Assembly: GCA_016209795.1 (NCBI GenBank)
Contig: JACQVI010000079.1
Coordinates: 421-64,420, forward strand
Source: Ignavibacteriota bacterium
GTDB taxonomy: Bacteria > Bacteroidota > Ignavibacteria > UBA10030 > SZUA-254
Direction of reading: 5' to 3'
DNA length: 64,000 nt
The position numbers and the translations under genes were made by a program. The notes under the pieces are model-generated. The model was given only the letters and a program-made list of their open reading frames with translations, made no database searches and had not been told where the DNA came from. Positions 51,085 through 61,103 of this stretch are shown piece by piece; within the stretch, counting starts at the first letter, position 1, and every line of letters begins with the position of its first letter.

Positions 51085-51175
51085 TACTCCGTTTCCCTAC
51101 GCTGGTATGATCCAGATCAGGTTCCCAGGGTATTCTCTCAGTCCAGCCTGAGGCGGGACACCCCTAACGGATTTC
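51085..51175 (-). promoter_or_regulatory. TPP (thiamine pyrophosphate) riboswitch, THI-box
   Basis: The minus-strand RNA reads ccguuaGGGGUGucCcgccucaGGCUGAGAGaauACCCUgGGAACCUGAUCUGGAUcAUaCCAGCGUAGGGAAacgg. The P1 stem is ccguu/aacgg. The conserved CUGAGA, ACCCU..GAACCUGAUCUGGAUAAUGCCAGCGUAGGGAA core matches almost base-for-base. Confidence 0.8.
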
Positions 51176-51402
51176 ACACTCAATATAATACCCCAAGCTC
51201 AAGAAAGCAAATCGATGATTGGTCTATGGAAAGCTCAATACTCCTGTTGGTGTTATGGGTGATTTTCTGATTATTCTCTGGATAGTTTTTTTGTTTTCAA
51301 AGAAAAAGCTGCTAAGCACCTGTAACTTCTGGTTGCTCATCTCATGGATTTTACTTATATTGGTGGTGCATTTTTCAATTCTTTTGGAAGGAACTCAATA
51401 CA

Positions 51403-51657
51403 ATGGCTCAACACCTCTCGGCAGAACGACAAGCACGAAAGGCGCTTCGCCATCGCGAGCGCAATCGACGCTATCTGTCTATGATGAAAACTGCAATCAA
51501 GCGGGTTCGTGAAGCGAAGGAAAAAGATAAAGCGGCGATTGCTCTGAAGCGAGCGATGAAGTTATTGGATCAAATGGCGGCGAAAGGAATTATCCACCGC
51601 AACAACGCTGCCAATAAAAAGTCTAGCCTGGCAAAATTTATCGCTGCATTGAAATAA
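51403..51657 (+). CDS. rpsT: 30S ribosomal protein S20
   Basis: 84 aa, MAQHLSAERQARKALRHRERNRRY..., typical of S20. Confidence 0.9.
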   Translation: MAQHLSAERQARKALRHRERNRRYLSMMKTAIKRVREAKEKDKAAIALKRAMKLLDQMAAKGIIHRNNAANKKSSLAKFIAALK

Positions 51658-51695
51658 GCTTTTCTTTGTTAGACCAAAACATATAAAGAGAAGAT

Positions 51696-51737
51696 GGCTC
51701 CATAACGACTACCGTACCATGGAGCTTTTTTATTTTT
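51696..51737. terminator. bidirectional rho-independent terminator between rpsT (+) and the convergent TPR gene (-)
   Basis: Stem ggctccat...atggagc followed by tttttt on the + strand. On the - strand the same stem is followed by a U-rich stretch. Confidence 0.45.
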
Positions 51738-52842
51738 GATCTTCTTGAAGAGGTTTTGACTGAAGCTTAAGCTGTAATTCTTGAATACGTTGGTCGTATT
51801 CATCTGCGTTGTGAGGTTGTTGGTGTTTCAATAGTTGGTACGTTAATATTGCCTCGTTGTATGCACCCTGCATAGCGTAAATTTCAGCAAGTGTTTTACT
51901 AACGATCCTGCTATCGTCACTCAAATCCACAGATTGATCATAGTGGGGTTGAGGTTCTTGGGGTGGTGTAGTACTCGTCTCACTTACTGAACCGATCACA
52001 GGTTCATCCAGAGAGAGATTTTCTACGTTCTCACCTGGTGTTTCCAATGAATGTTGTGATATTTCCTGTACCGGCGCAGAAACTGTCGTAACATCAACGG
52101 GACTTGCCAATTCAGGCTCGGTAGGAGCGATGGTTTCAGAACTTGCATGCAGTATTTCTGAAGAATCTTGTTCTAACTCCTGCACTGACGCAACGGATGT
52201 CTCGAGTTCAGTTGTGTCCACGATCTCAGGTTCTGTCGGATAAGCTATCGCAAAATCCTCGGCAGTCTTCTCAGATGAATCCTGCGCAATCTCTTCTATT
52301 GTCGAAGGAGTAATCTCTGCTTCGATACCTTCTTGGTCGGTGTCCGCAGCGATTTTAGGTTCGGTTAAAGAAATTGTCTCTAAGCCCTCAACAGACTCTT
52401 CAGGTGCATCTTGTGTTATTTCCTGCTCAGTCGAAGGAATCGTCTTTGCCTCAAACGTTTTATGTTCAGTCTCCTCAATAACTTCATGCAATGTCTCAAC
52501 ATCTTCAAAGGGATCGGTTGGTGAGGATTCATTTCTGCGGAGTTGTTGTAGCGCAAAGTTCTCCCAGTCTGCGCGTAGTGCTTTAAGTGTTTGGGCGTCA
52601 GGATTATAATGAAGTGTTTGATGAAGATGTAATAGCGCTGAAATGTAATCCTTTTCTGCTTGAAAGCATCGTGCGAGTATCAGGTGTGCTGTCGGATATG
52701 ATGGATGTTCTTCCAAGCCAGCACGACATAGTTCTTTTGCTTGATCGATTCTGCCTAAACTAAGATATTCGCTAGCAAGTCGTACAGATAAAGGAGATCG
52801 TGGGAAAGAGGAAAGTTTAGATTCAAGCTGAACTAAATCCAT
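51730..52842 (-). CDS. TPR-domain protein with acidic tandem-repeat linker
   Basis: N-terminal and C-terminal TPR-like helices. The central ~180 aa is E/T/P/S-rich with ~33-aa tandem repeats (..PSTEQEITQDAPEES.., ..PSTIEEIAQDSSEKT.., ..SVQELEQDSSEIL.., ..APVQEISQHSLETP..). Confidence 0.55.
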   Translation of the reverse strand: MDLVQLESKLSSFPRSPLSVRLASEYLSLGRIDQAKELCRAGLEEHPSYPTAHLILARCFQAEKDYISALLHLHQTLHYNPDAQTLKALRADWENFALQQLRRNESSPTDPFEDVETLHEVIEETEHKTFEAKTIPSTEQEITQDAPEESVEGLETISLTEPKIAADTDQEGIEAEITPSTIEEIAQDSSEKTAEDFAIAYPTEPEIVDTTELETSVASVQELEQDSSEILHASSETIAPTEPELASPVDVTTVSAPVQEISQHSLETPGENVENLSLDEPVIGSVSETSTTPPQEPQPHYDQSVDLSDDSRIVSKTLAEIYAMQGAYNEAILTYQLLKHQQPHNADEYDQRIQELQLKLQSKPLQEDQK

Positions 52843-54395
52843 TAGGGAACCTCAATCAATGACTGATGCTCTAGTTTCTTTTGGAATGAAACATGAAGTG
52901 GTTGTTTTCTTGATGAAATACTCCTTCGCGTGAGTGCTACCTTTCTGGCGAGCCAGGCATGTTTAACCGAAAGCCATCCTACTAATCCAAAGCCCATCGA
53001 GAAAAGAAGCTGGAATGGGACAGCTGCGAGTTCCACGTAATAGAGTGAAGCTGCGACTCCAAAGAGACAGTAAATTGCCAGAACTACCTCGATGATGACG
53101 GTGTAGTTCACTTTGATCATTGCGTACTTCTTATCGAGCCAGTTATCTTTTCTACTGATAACGGAGTACTTGGGTGTGCGCACGAACTCAGATTTTTTCT
53201 TGATTAACCCCTCAACGACTGCTCTTGTGTTATTAACCGCTAATCCCATACTCCCTGCCAAGAACAATGGAAACAGTAACATCCGTTTCTGCCAGTCAGG
53301 ATAAACATCTTTCTGTGAATAGAGATAAAAGAGAAATGACCCGATGAAAGCAAAAACAAATCCCGCCATGATCGTAAAGTACGATTCATAGCCACCCTGA
53401 TGTTTGATGAAGATCAGTGGTACATTTAAAATACCCGCTATCAAGATAAAGGGAAAAACAATATTGCCAGAAAGGTGGAAGGTCGCATTGATCTTTTTCT
53501 CCAATGGAAGATCGGACTTCCACACCTTTGGAAGAATTTTACGCGCAGTTTCAATAGCGCCTTTTGTCCATCGGAATTGTTGAGACTTGAGAGCGTTTAT
53601 TTCTGAGGGTAGCTCTGCCGGTGAGGTGACATCGTTTAAGAATTTAAACTTCCACCCACGTAATTGCGCCCTGTAGCTTAAGTCTAAATCCTCTGTGAGT
53701 GTATCAGATTCCCAGTTGCCCGCATCAATGATGCATGCCTTCCTCCAGATACCACCTGTGCCATTAAAGTTGATGAAAAAGCCAGCTTTGTTCCGAACAC
53801 TTTGTTCGATAACGAAGTGCCCATCTAATGCCATTGCCTGAACCCGTGTTAAGAATGAATAATCACTGTTCAAATGTTCCCAACGAGTTTGAATGAGGCC
53901 TATTTTTTCATCGAGGAAGAAATACGGCAGCGTCTGATAGAGGAACTCGCGTTTTGGGATGAAATCTGCATCGAACATAGCAATGAACTCGCCGTGAGCT
54001 GTCATTAAGCCTTCTCTGAGAGCACCGGCTTTAAAACCCTGACGTGATCCTCTTCGAATATGTTCAATATCAAAACCTTGCTCACGGTAGTGTGCGACCC
54101 GTTCAGCGATAATCTCGGTTGTTTCATCAGTGGAATCATCCAAAACCTGGATTCCCAACTTGTCTATGGGATAGTCAATCTGACATGCAGCATCAATCAG
54201 TCGTCCAACGACGTAGTACTCATTGTAAACAGGCAATTGGATTGTCACGAGAGGAAATTGTGTAAGCTCCCCAGCTTTCTCGATTTTCTTATCACGATGC
54301 TTCATGTAATAATAAATCATGATGAAGCCACTTGATCCAAAGAAGAAAAGAATTGTTAACGAAGTGAAATATGTGCCGATGATGAGATCTTGCAT
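52842..54395 (-). CDS. processive family-2 glycosyltransferase (cellulose/chitin/PNAG-synthase-like)
   Basis: D,D,D,QxxRW signature: VLDDSTDE, FDADFIP, TEDLDLSYR and QQFRWTKG. N- and C-terminal TM helices. Confidence 0.75.
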   Translation of the reverse strand: MQDLIIGTYFTSLTILFFFGSSGFIMIYYYMKHRDKKIEKAGELTQFPLVTIQLPVYNEYYVVGRLIDAACQIDYPIDKLGIQVLDDSTDETTEIIAERVAHYREQGFDIEHIRRGSRQGFKAGALREGLMTAHGEFIAMFDADFIPKREFLYQTLPYFFLDEKIGLIQTRWEHLNSDYSFLTRVQAMALDGHFVIEQSVRNKAGFFINFNGTGGIWRKACIIDAGNWESDTLTEDLDLSYRAQLRGWKFKFLNDVTSPAELPSEINALKSQQFRWTKGAIETARKILPKVWKSDLPLEKKINATFHLSGNIVFPFILIAGILNVPLIFIKHQGGYESYFTIMAGFVFAFIGSFLFYLYSQKDVYPDWQKRMLLFPLFLAGSMGLAVNNTRAVVEGLIKKKSEFVRTPKYSVISRKDNWLDKKYAMIKVNYTVIIEVVLAIYCLFGVAASLYYVELAAVPFQLLFSMGFGLVGWLSVKHAWLARKVALTRRSISSRKQPLHVSFQKKLEHQSLIEVP

Positions 54396-54435
54396 GTATG
54401 TTCTATCGATTAATTCGTTCTATCACAATTGCTTC

Positions 54436-54936
54436 TTACCACCCTGATACGGTCTCAATCAAAATATCCTCAGTTAATTTTTCGATTGCTGCATCGATAC
54501 CCGTCTGGCGTTGAAGTGCACCGCCGCTGATTTCATAATCTCCCCAGTTAGAAAACTGCTTTTCATAAACCCTCTTTTTTAGTTTCATATCCTGATACGT
54601 TACTTTTACTGTAAGTGTAATGCGCCGTTTAGTAACTGTTTCTCCTTGGGCAACAACCAACGGCTCGTCAGGCATGGAAACAATAACACCTTCGAGGATT
54701 GAATCCGCGTTTGATCGATCTGCTACTCCAAGGCTATTGTCGCGGCGGAAGCGATCAATAAGTTTGTTTGTCAAATTTTCCCGAAGTCCCGGTTCACCTG
54801 ATCCGCTCTGGTCGTCAAAGAGTGGGATTGCTATCGTCTTGAGATGAGGAGGAACCGAAGAACCTGTAAACGTATAACAGCCTGCAAAGATCAGGATCAA
54901 AACAAACAGAAGTAGGCGACAGGTCGCCTTTATCAT
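54436..54936 (-). CDS. LptE-like lipoprotein
   Basis: Start chosen at MIKATCRLLLFVLILIFAGC (lipobox). The track ORF extends to 54990. Resemblance to LptE is weak. Confidence 0.4.
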   Translation of the reverse strand: MIKATCRLLLFVLILIFAGCYTFTGSSVPPHLKTIAIPLFDDQSGSGEPGLRENLTNKLIDRFRRDNSLGVADRSNADSILEGVIVSMPDEPLVVAQGETVTKRRITLTVKVTYQDMKLKKRVYEKQFSNWGDYEISGGALQRQTGIDAAIEKLTEDILIETVSGW

Positions 54937-54943
54937 GGACCTT

Positions 54944-56110
54944 TTAGTCCAGGGCATATTCTTTAATTTTCCGATAGAGCGTTCGTTCACTAATATTCAA
55001 AGCTTTGGAAGCAAGTCGGCGATTGCCATTGAATCGTTCCAGTGCACTGATAATCATTCGGCGCTCCATCTCATCCAATGGAATGAACCGTTCTCCAGTC
55101 TCGTGGTCTGCTGTATCAACGTTTGCTTCAACGTAATGTGGTGCGACAGTCTCAGCGGGTACTTGTCGCTGGGTCAATATGGTTTTGAGCTCCATGATGT
55201 CACTCTTCATCTCGAGCAGTGCACGATAGATCAGTTCACGTTCAGCCTGTTCGGGTGTCTTGTGGGTATAGACTGGTAAATTCCGATGATTATCTTGGAA
55301 CTCTCGAAGGTATTTCTGGATACTGTTTGCATCGATCCGTTTACCCCGCTCGATGATGAGCATGCTCTCGACCACATTGCGCAACTCACGCACGTTGCCG
55401 GGCCAGAAGTAATTCTTCAACATTTCCATTGCCTCGTCGGTGATGCCTCCGAATGTGATGTTGTTTTTCTCGGAGATTTGCCGTGTAAATTCATGGACGA
55501 AGAGAGGGATATCCTCACGACGTTCACGGAGCGGAGGAACGCGGATGTTCACGGAACGGAGCCGGAAGAACAAATCAGTTCGAAAGTTTCCATTGCGCAC
55601 TTCAGACTCTAAATCTTTATTCGTAGCTGCAATGACCCGTACATTGACTTTTTTTGGAACTGCAGAACCGACACGCATAAATTCACCGCTCTCCAGTACT
55701 CGTAAAAACTTCACTTGAGTACCAATGGGCAACTCTCCAATTTCATCGAGAAAGATCGTGCCGCCATCGGCGAGCTCGAAGTAACCCTTGCGTGTCTCAC
55801 TAGCACCAGTGAAAGCACCCTTTTCATGGCCAAACAATTCACTCTCAATAATGCCTTCCGGAATAGCGCCTGCATTCACTGAGATCATAGGCTTATGAGT
55901 GCGTTGGCTCGCATGATGAATTGCTTTGGCGACGACTTCCTTTCCAACACCGCTCTCGCCAGTAATCAGGACTGTGATGTCGGTCGGTGCAATTTGTTGA
56001 ATGACCTCAACAATCTCTTTGATTTCTACTGATTCACCAATAATATCGTGTTGTTGTTGAAATTGATCTTGATCCATCGTCTCAATACCTCTCAACCACA
56101 ATTGAATCAA
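54944..56110 (-). CDS. sigma-54-dependent transcriptional activator (bEBP) lacking an N-terminal sensor/receiver domain
   Basis: AAA+ Walker A GESGVGKE, GAFTGA loop and C-terminal Fis-type HTH. Only ~20 aa precede the AAA+ core. Confidence 0.85.
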   Translation of the reverse strand: MIQLWLRGIETMDQDQFQQQHDIIGESVEIKEIVEVIQQIAPTDITVLITGESGVGKEVVAKAIHHASQRTHKPMISVNAGAIPEGIIESELFGHEKGAFTGASETRKGYFELADGGTIFLDEIGELPIGTQVKFLRVLESGEFMRVGSAVPKKVNVRVIAATNKDLESEVRNGNFRTDLFFRLRSVNIRVPPLRERREDIPLFVHEFTRQISEKNNITFGGITDEAMEMLKNYFWPGNVRELRNVVESMLIIERGKRIDANSIQKYLREFQDNHRNLPVYTHKTPEQAERELIYRALLEMKSDIMELKTILTQRQVPAETVAPHYVEANVDTADHETGERFIPLDEMERRMIISALERFNGNRRLASKALNISERTLYRKIKEYALD

Positions 56111-56861
56111 TGTTGTACTTTATCCTCACCTCGTTACCAAACTCTCGTGCCCTGTCTGCTGTCTTAAAATTTCCAACCCACACCAGGAATAAACTCCGCC
56201 CGCCACGGACTTTGTTAGTGATTTCCACAGCGTAGCCCAAATCTTCAAAGAAACTTTTCTGTTTCTCAGCATTTGCAACAGTCGAAAACGCACCAACTTG
56301 TAAGGTGTAAGGCTCGTTTGTGGGGGCAGGGTTTGTTTCCTCGGACTGTGATGTATCGACAGGAAGCGGACTTTCTTTCGGTGGGAGATTAACAACTGCT
56401 TCATCTTTCTCCGGGAACTTGACAACAGGCTTTCCCGTAACGTAGGGAGAGTTTGGGTATTCTTTTTTCAACTGCTGAAGCTTTAAGTCTGCTGTTCGAT
56501 AAAGCCCGAGTGCATAGTAGTATTGGTGGATGCGGTATAATGCGTCGTCCGCCCAGTCGCTTTTGGGAAAATTATCGACAACGCTCTGGTAGAATTTTAC
56601 AGCTTCGATACCATCCGTTGCTAATCGTCCTTGCAGGTAAAGAATCCCAGGATCGTTCTGATATTTTGCGACTAAGTCGGGGAGTGCTTTTTTGACTTCT
56701 TCTGTTTGGCCACTCTCCAATTTTTCGATGTAGGCTTGCAGCTCACCCGTTTGCGTGTAGAGGCGTGAGTTAACAACGAAGACAAAAGCGAGGACAATCA
56801 TTACTTTTCGCCACACCCTCCAATCGCAAATCGCCAACCGTAAATCTACAATCACTTTCAT
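56082..56861 (-). CDS. membrane-anchored TPR protein with C-terminal SPOR (peptidoglycan-binding) domain
   Basis: N-terminal TM helix and TPR-like helices. The C-terminal YTLQVGAFSTVANAEKQKSFFEDLGYAVEI...LFLVWVGNFKTADRAREF is a typical SPOR domain. Confidence 0.65.
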   Translation of the reverse strand: MKVIVDLRLAICDWRVWRKVMIVLAFVFVVNSRLYTQTGELQAYIEKLESGQTEEVKKALPDLVAKYQNDPGILYLQGRLATDGIEAVKFYQSVVDNFPKSDWADDALYRIHQYYYALGLYRTADLKLQQLKKEYPNSPYVTGKPVVKFPEKDEAVVNLPPKESPLPVDTSQSEETNPAPTNEPYTLQVGAFSTVANAEKQKSFFEDLGYAVEITNKVRGGRSLFLVWVGNFKTADRAREFGNEVRIKYNIDSIVVERY

Positions 56862-58234
56862 GCCGCAACCTCAATAGGCAGTTCTACATCGACGTTCTTA
56901 GGAATATTCTCCTCCGCCATCCCAAATAATGTCGCTGAATTCGCACGCTGGATCGTTACGTTGATGTAATCACCAATCGTAAAGTTTCTACGAGGGAAGA
57001 TGACGGTTTTATTACCGTCCGTCCGTCCATGCCACTCACTTGATGACTTCTTGCTTTCACCTTCGACAAGTACCTGAACGGTTTCGCCAACATGTTGCTG
57101 ATTTTTTTTGTACGAGATTCTATTCTGAAGCTGTATGATCTCATTGATGCGACGAGTTTTCACTTCATCAGAGATACCATCATGCATTTTGTAAGCAGGG
57201 GTATGTTCTCGTGGTGAATATTTGAACATGAATGCACCATCATATTGAACTTCTTGCATCAACTCTAATGTTCGCTCATGATCTTCTTCTGTCTCTGTTG
57301 GAAAACCAACAATGATATCGGTTGATAAACAAACATCCGGTATCGCTCTCCTGATTTTTTCTACAAGTAGAAGATAGTGAGCACTGTCGTATGTCCTGTT
57401 CATTAGTTCAAGGATGCGATCCGATCCCGACTGCACGGGCAAGTGGATGTACTTGCAAAGATTTGGATATGTTGCAATAGTTTCAATGAGTTTATCCGAC
57501 ATATCCTGTGGATGAGATGTTGTAAATCGAACACGGATCGATCGATCGATCTCAGCAACTGCTTTTAGCAAATCAGCAAAATCATATTCACCATCTCGAT
57601 ATGAGTTAACGTTCTGTCCAAGCAGTGTCACTTCTTTGAATCCGCGAGACGATAGAACCGCCACTTCTTTCACAATGCTTTCAAGCGAGCGGCTTCGTTC
57701 TCGCCCACGGGTAAAAGGCACAACGCAGAACGTGCAGAACTTGTCGCACCCTCGCATCACAGAAATCCATGCGCTAATACCGTCTGTGCGCAGTGGAGTA
57801 ATATCATCGTACGTTTCCACTCTTGAAAGTTGTACTGCGATACCTTTTTCCCCCTGCCATGCCTTGGTAACAAGCTCTGGCACTTTGCGGTATTCATCTG
57901 GTCCCACAATGAGATCGACAATCTGACCGACGCCATTTGCTTTTTCTCCCATCAGTTTTGTGCGTAATCGCTCAGCCATGCAGCCCAAAACGCCAATGAT
58001 GACTTCGGGTTTCTTTTTTTTCAAATGCTTAAACGCTCCAAGCCTACCGTAGACTCGCCGCTCAGCGTTTTCACGCACGCTGCAAGTATTGACCAGAACG
58101 ATGTCTGCTTCAGTAATACGGTTGGTGACTTCGTAGCCTTGATTCGTCAACAGTGCAAGGACTACCTCTGAGTCAGCGACGTTCATCCGGCAGCCGTATG
58201 TTTCGATGTAAACCTGTTTTTTCTGCTCAAACAT
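56858..58234 (-). CDS. miaB: tRNA-2-methylthio-N6-isopentenyladenosine synthase
   Basis: UPF0004 N-domain (YIETYGCRMNVADSE), radical SAM CDKFCTFC and C-terminal TRAM domain. Confidence 0.9.
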   Translation of the reverse strand: MFEQKKQVYIETYGCRMNVADSEVVLALLTNQGYEVTNRITEADIVLVNTCSVRENAERRVYGRLGAFKHLKKKKPEVIIGVLGCMAERLRTKLMGEKANGVGQIVDLIVGPDEYRKVPELVTKAWQGEKGIAVQLSRVETYDDITPLRTDGISAWISVMRGCDKFCTFCVVPFTRGRERSRSLESIVKEVAVLSSRGFKEVTLLGQNVNSYRDGEYDFADLLKAVAEIDRSIRVRFTTSHPQDMSDKLIETIATYPNLCKYIHLPVQSGSDRILELMNRTYDSAHYLLLVEKIRRAIPDVCLSTDIIVGFPTETEEDHERTLELMQEVQYDGAFMFKYSPREHTPAYKMHDGISDEVKTRRINEIIQLQNRISYKKNQQHVGETVQVLVEGESKKSSSEWHGRTDGNKTVIFPRRNFTIGDYINVTIQRANSATLFGMAEENIPKNVDVELPIEVAA

Positions 58235-58468
58235 AAAAATGATATGAAAAAGTCAATTCTTTCTGAAAAGTTTGACTAAAGATACCTAAAAGCTGACAAA
58301 TAGTCAAGGAAAGCAAATGTTATTCAGAAATTTAGTTAAGAAATAAAGAGTTGGGGACACCATAATGATTATATCAATTTGACAAGAAGGCAGAGCGTTA
58401 AACATCTGGTACAAAGATAACGGTACTTTTTATCCACGTTAACTTCTTGCCGCGTGTGATAAAGATTC

Positions 58469-58924
58469 TTGCTTTTCTCTCAAAAAAAAGCGAATTTGCA
58501 ACTGCATTATTCTTCACACTGTTCAAAGGAATACATAATGGATCACCTTCAAACAAAGCAAAAAGATGATAAGCTTTTACTATTAACATCGGAGAATTCT
58601 ATGCAACCAAATATTTGGATGTACCTCTTCTTCTCGCTCCTTATTATTTCTGTGATCGTGATAGCTTACCAGGATATGCGCCGTGCTGATGAGCCGTTGA
58701 TTTACTACAAAGAGAAATATGAGGAGTTGGAGCGTTCCTACATCGAATTGGCAAAATCACATTCCTACGTTCTCGAGACCATCATGAACAACGATATCGA
58801 CCTCCAACCGTATTGGCACGAGTTTGCCAACAAACCGAAAGAACAATACATCGAATATCTCCGTCGTCGTATTGTTGCCATGCAGGTCGAGATTGAACGA
58901 CTCGATCGTGAACACCGGAAGTAG
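58469..58924 (+). CDS. hypothetical single-TM protein with C-terminal coiled-coil
   Basis: One TM helix. Charged helical C-terminus. No homology recognised. Confidence 0.35.
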   Translation: MLFSQKKANLQLHYSSHCSKEYIMDHLQTKQKDDKLLLLTSENSMQPNIWMYLFFSLLIISVIVIAYQDMRRADEPLIYYKEKYEELERSYIELAKSHSYVLETIMNNDIDLQPYWHEFANKPKEQYIEYLRRRIVAMQVEIERLDREHRK

Positions 58925-58927
58925 TCC

Positions 58928-59911
58928 ATGGTTCCTTCTCAACTCCTCACGCATCTCAAAGAACAAGCGAGACGATTAAAGCGGACAGTCGTTTTGCCCG
59001 ACGCTCTGGATGAGCGAATGCTCAAGGCGTCTCGTATCGTCGCTGACGAAAATATTGCACATCCAATGTTGATAGGCGATGAACAACACATTCGGACCAA
59101 AGCTCAGTCTCTGCAGCTACAGTTGAATGGGCTGCGGGTTGTTGATCCAAGAACATCGGACAAGCTCAGTGATTTTTCCCATATCTTCTTTAACCTTCGC
59201 AAGAGTAAGGGCATCGAATTCACAGAAGCCCAAAAGGCAATGACAAATCCGCTTTACTTTGGAGCAATGATGGTGCGAGAAGGCTTGGCTGACGGGAGTG
59301 TTGCTGGATCGCTCTCCACAACCGCTGATGTTCTTCGTGCAGGTATTCAAGTGATCGGATTGAAAGAGGGCATCGGTGTCGTGTCGAGTTTCTTCCTGAT
59401 GGTATTTCCCCATAAGGTGTTCTCCTTTGCCGATGGTGCAGTCATCCCCGATCCGACTGTCGAGCAGCTTGCCGATATTGCTCTTACGACGGCGGAGAGT
59501 CACAGGAAGCTTACTGGCGAAGAACCACGTGTGGCACTGCTGTCATTTTCCACCAAGGGTAGCGCCAGTCATCCATTTGTTGAAAAAGTACAGCAAGCCA
59601 CGGAGATTGTAAGACGGAAAGCACCGAACCTTGTAGTCGATGGAGAGTTGCAAGTCGATGCAGCGATTGTGCCGAGTGTTGCTCGCTCGAAAGCGCCGGG
59701 AAGTCCACCTGAAGGCAATGCGAACGTTTTGATTTTTCCAGACCTCAATGCTGGCAACATTGGCTACAAATTGGCTGAACGACTTGGAGGAGCGCAGGCA
59801 CTGGGACCGATTGTCCAGGGACTTCGCAAGCCCGCCTTCGATCTCTCTCGTGGCTGCAGTGTGAACGATATCGTAAACACGGTGGCAATCAATTGTGTCC
59901 TTGGCGCCTAA
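58928..59911 (+). CDS. pta: phosphate acetyltransferase
   Basis: Collinear with B. subtilis Pta ([43 protein letters not shown]). Confidence 0.9.
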   Translation: MVPSQLLTHLKEQARRLKRTVVLPDALDERMLKASRIVADENIAHPMLIGDEQHIRTKAQSLQLQLNGLRVVDPRTSDKLSDFSHIFFNLRKSKGIEFTEAQKAMTNPLYFGAMMVREGLADGSVAGSLSTTADVLRAGIQVIGLKEGIGVVSSFFLMVFPHKVFSFADGAVIPDPTVEQLADIALTTAESHRKLTGEEPRVALLSFSTKGSASHPFVEKVQQATEIVRRKAPNLVVDGELQVDAAIVPSVARSKAPGSPPEGNANVLIFPDLNAGNIGYKLAERLGGAQALGPIVQGLRKPAFDLSRGCSVNDIVNTVAINCVLGA

Positions 59912-61094
59912 TGCTGGTGCACAGCCTCCAGTGACAAGTGGAGTCACGGCTCTTCCAAAGCAGCGATATCTTTTCATAGACCTTTACCGCAGCGCTGTTA
60001 TTTTCTTCATGTTGGAAGGACATGTTCTGCGCGCTGTCCTGACAAGTGAGATTCAACAAACACCGATCTTTCAGCTCCATGAGCTATTCCATGGTTTGAG
60101 TGCGCCTGCTTTCTTGTTTGGAGCCGGATTAACCTTTGTCATCTCAACGCGGAAACGGTGGGGGGATTACCATCATTGGGGTCCACCACTCGCTCGACGA
60201 ATTCGCCGATTGCTCTTTGTCATATTGCTTGGACTTTTTCTTAATCTCCCATTTTTTTCGATTCGAAAGATCATTATCGAGGGAACAACCGATACCTCCC
60301 TTCAGCTTTTTCAGTGCGAAGTCCTAACATGCATCGGGATTGGATTGCTTGCTCTTCACGGGCTTGTCTTTTTTTTCAAAACGGAAGCGCGCTTTTATGG
60401 TGTAGTGATCGCACTAACAGCTGCTGTTTGTTTCCTTACCCCGATTGTCTGGGATATTGATTTTCTCAGTTACACGCCTTCATTCATTGCGCAGTTATTC
60501 AATAGTACACACGGTTCGCCGTTTCCGTTGTTCCCGTTTGTAGGATTTCTCTTTGCCGGAGTTCTTGTTTCGTGGGAGTTTCTCGTTGCAATGGAGAAGC
60601 AGCAAGCGCATCGCTTCATACGAAATCTTACTTTGTTTGGAGTGATCTTTATAGCTAGTGGCATCATGTTCGATGCACTACCTATTCGTATTTACCGTAC
60701 TTATGACTTCTGGTATACGAGTCCGAATTATTTCTTGATTAGGTTAGGAGCATTGATGTTGTTGACTGGTGGAGCCTGGTATATGGCTCGTAAACGAACT
60801 CGCGTCAATCCTCTTTTGACTGTTTTTGGGAAGGAATCATTGTTTGTCTATGTGCTGCACCTCGTTGTTTTATATGGTTCTGCTGCCAATCCTGAAATGA
60901 ATGTTCAGACAGTGCTCGGGATTAATCTTCCTTTGTTGCAATCCATTGGACTATTCGTTCTGTTCACATTGGTTATGCTATTGGCGACACTCGTTTGGAA
61001 TTACCTCAAGGAGAAACGCTTCCATTGGTATCGATTAATCCAGCTTACCGGGAGTGCAGTTTTTCTCTACTACTTTTTTACAAGAGATTATTAG
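59895..61094 (+). CDS. polytopic membrane protein (possible acyltransferase-3/HGSNAT-like family)
   Basis: About 10 TM helices. The family call is by weak resemblance only. Confidence 0.45.
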   Translation: MSLAPNAGAQPPVTSGVTALPKQRYLFIDLYRSAVIFFMLEGHVLRAVLTSEIQQTPIFQLHELFHGLSAPAFLFGAGLTFVISTRKRWGDYHHWGPPLARRIRRLLFVILLGLFLNLPFFSIRKIIIEGTTDTSLQLFQCEVLTCIGIGLLALHGLVFFFKTEARFYGVVIALTAAVCFLTPIVWDIDFLSYTPSFIAQLFNSTHGSPFPLFPFVGFLFAGVLVSWEFLVAMEKQQAHRFIRNLTLFGVIFIASGIMFDALPIRIYRTYDFWYTSPNYFLIRLGALMLLTGGAWYMARKRTRVNPLLTVFGKESLFVYVLHLVVLYGSAANPEMNVQTVLGINLPLLQSIGLFVLFTLVMLLATLVWNYLKEKRFHWYRLIQLTGSAVFLYYFFTRDY

Positions 61095-61103
61095 CTTTGG
61101 AGT

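Noticed and set aside
54396-54436. Sigma54 -24/-12 promoter upstream of the GT2 synthase gene (agGGtggtaagaaGCaatt on the minus strand)
   Set aside because: GG and GC have the right spacing, but the flanking bases deviate strongly from TGGCAC-N5-TTGCW. It sits in a 40-bp gap inside an apparently co-transcribed gene string.
58810-58830. TGGCACGAGTTTGCC sigma54-like motif
   Set aside because: GG-GC spacing is one base short of the strict consensus, and it lies inside a coding region.
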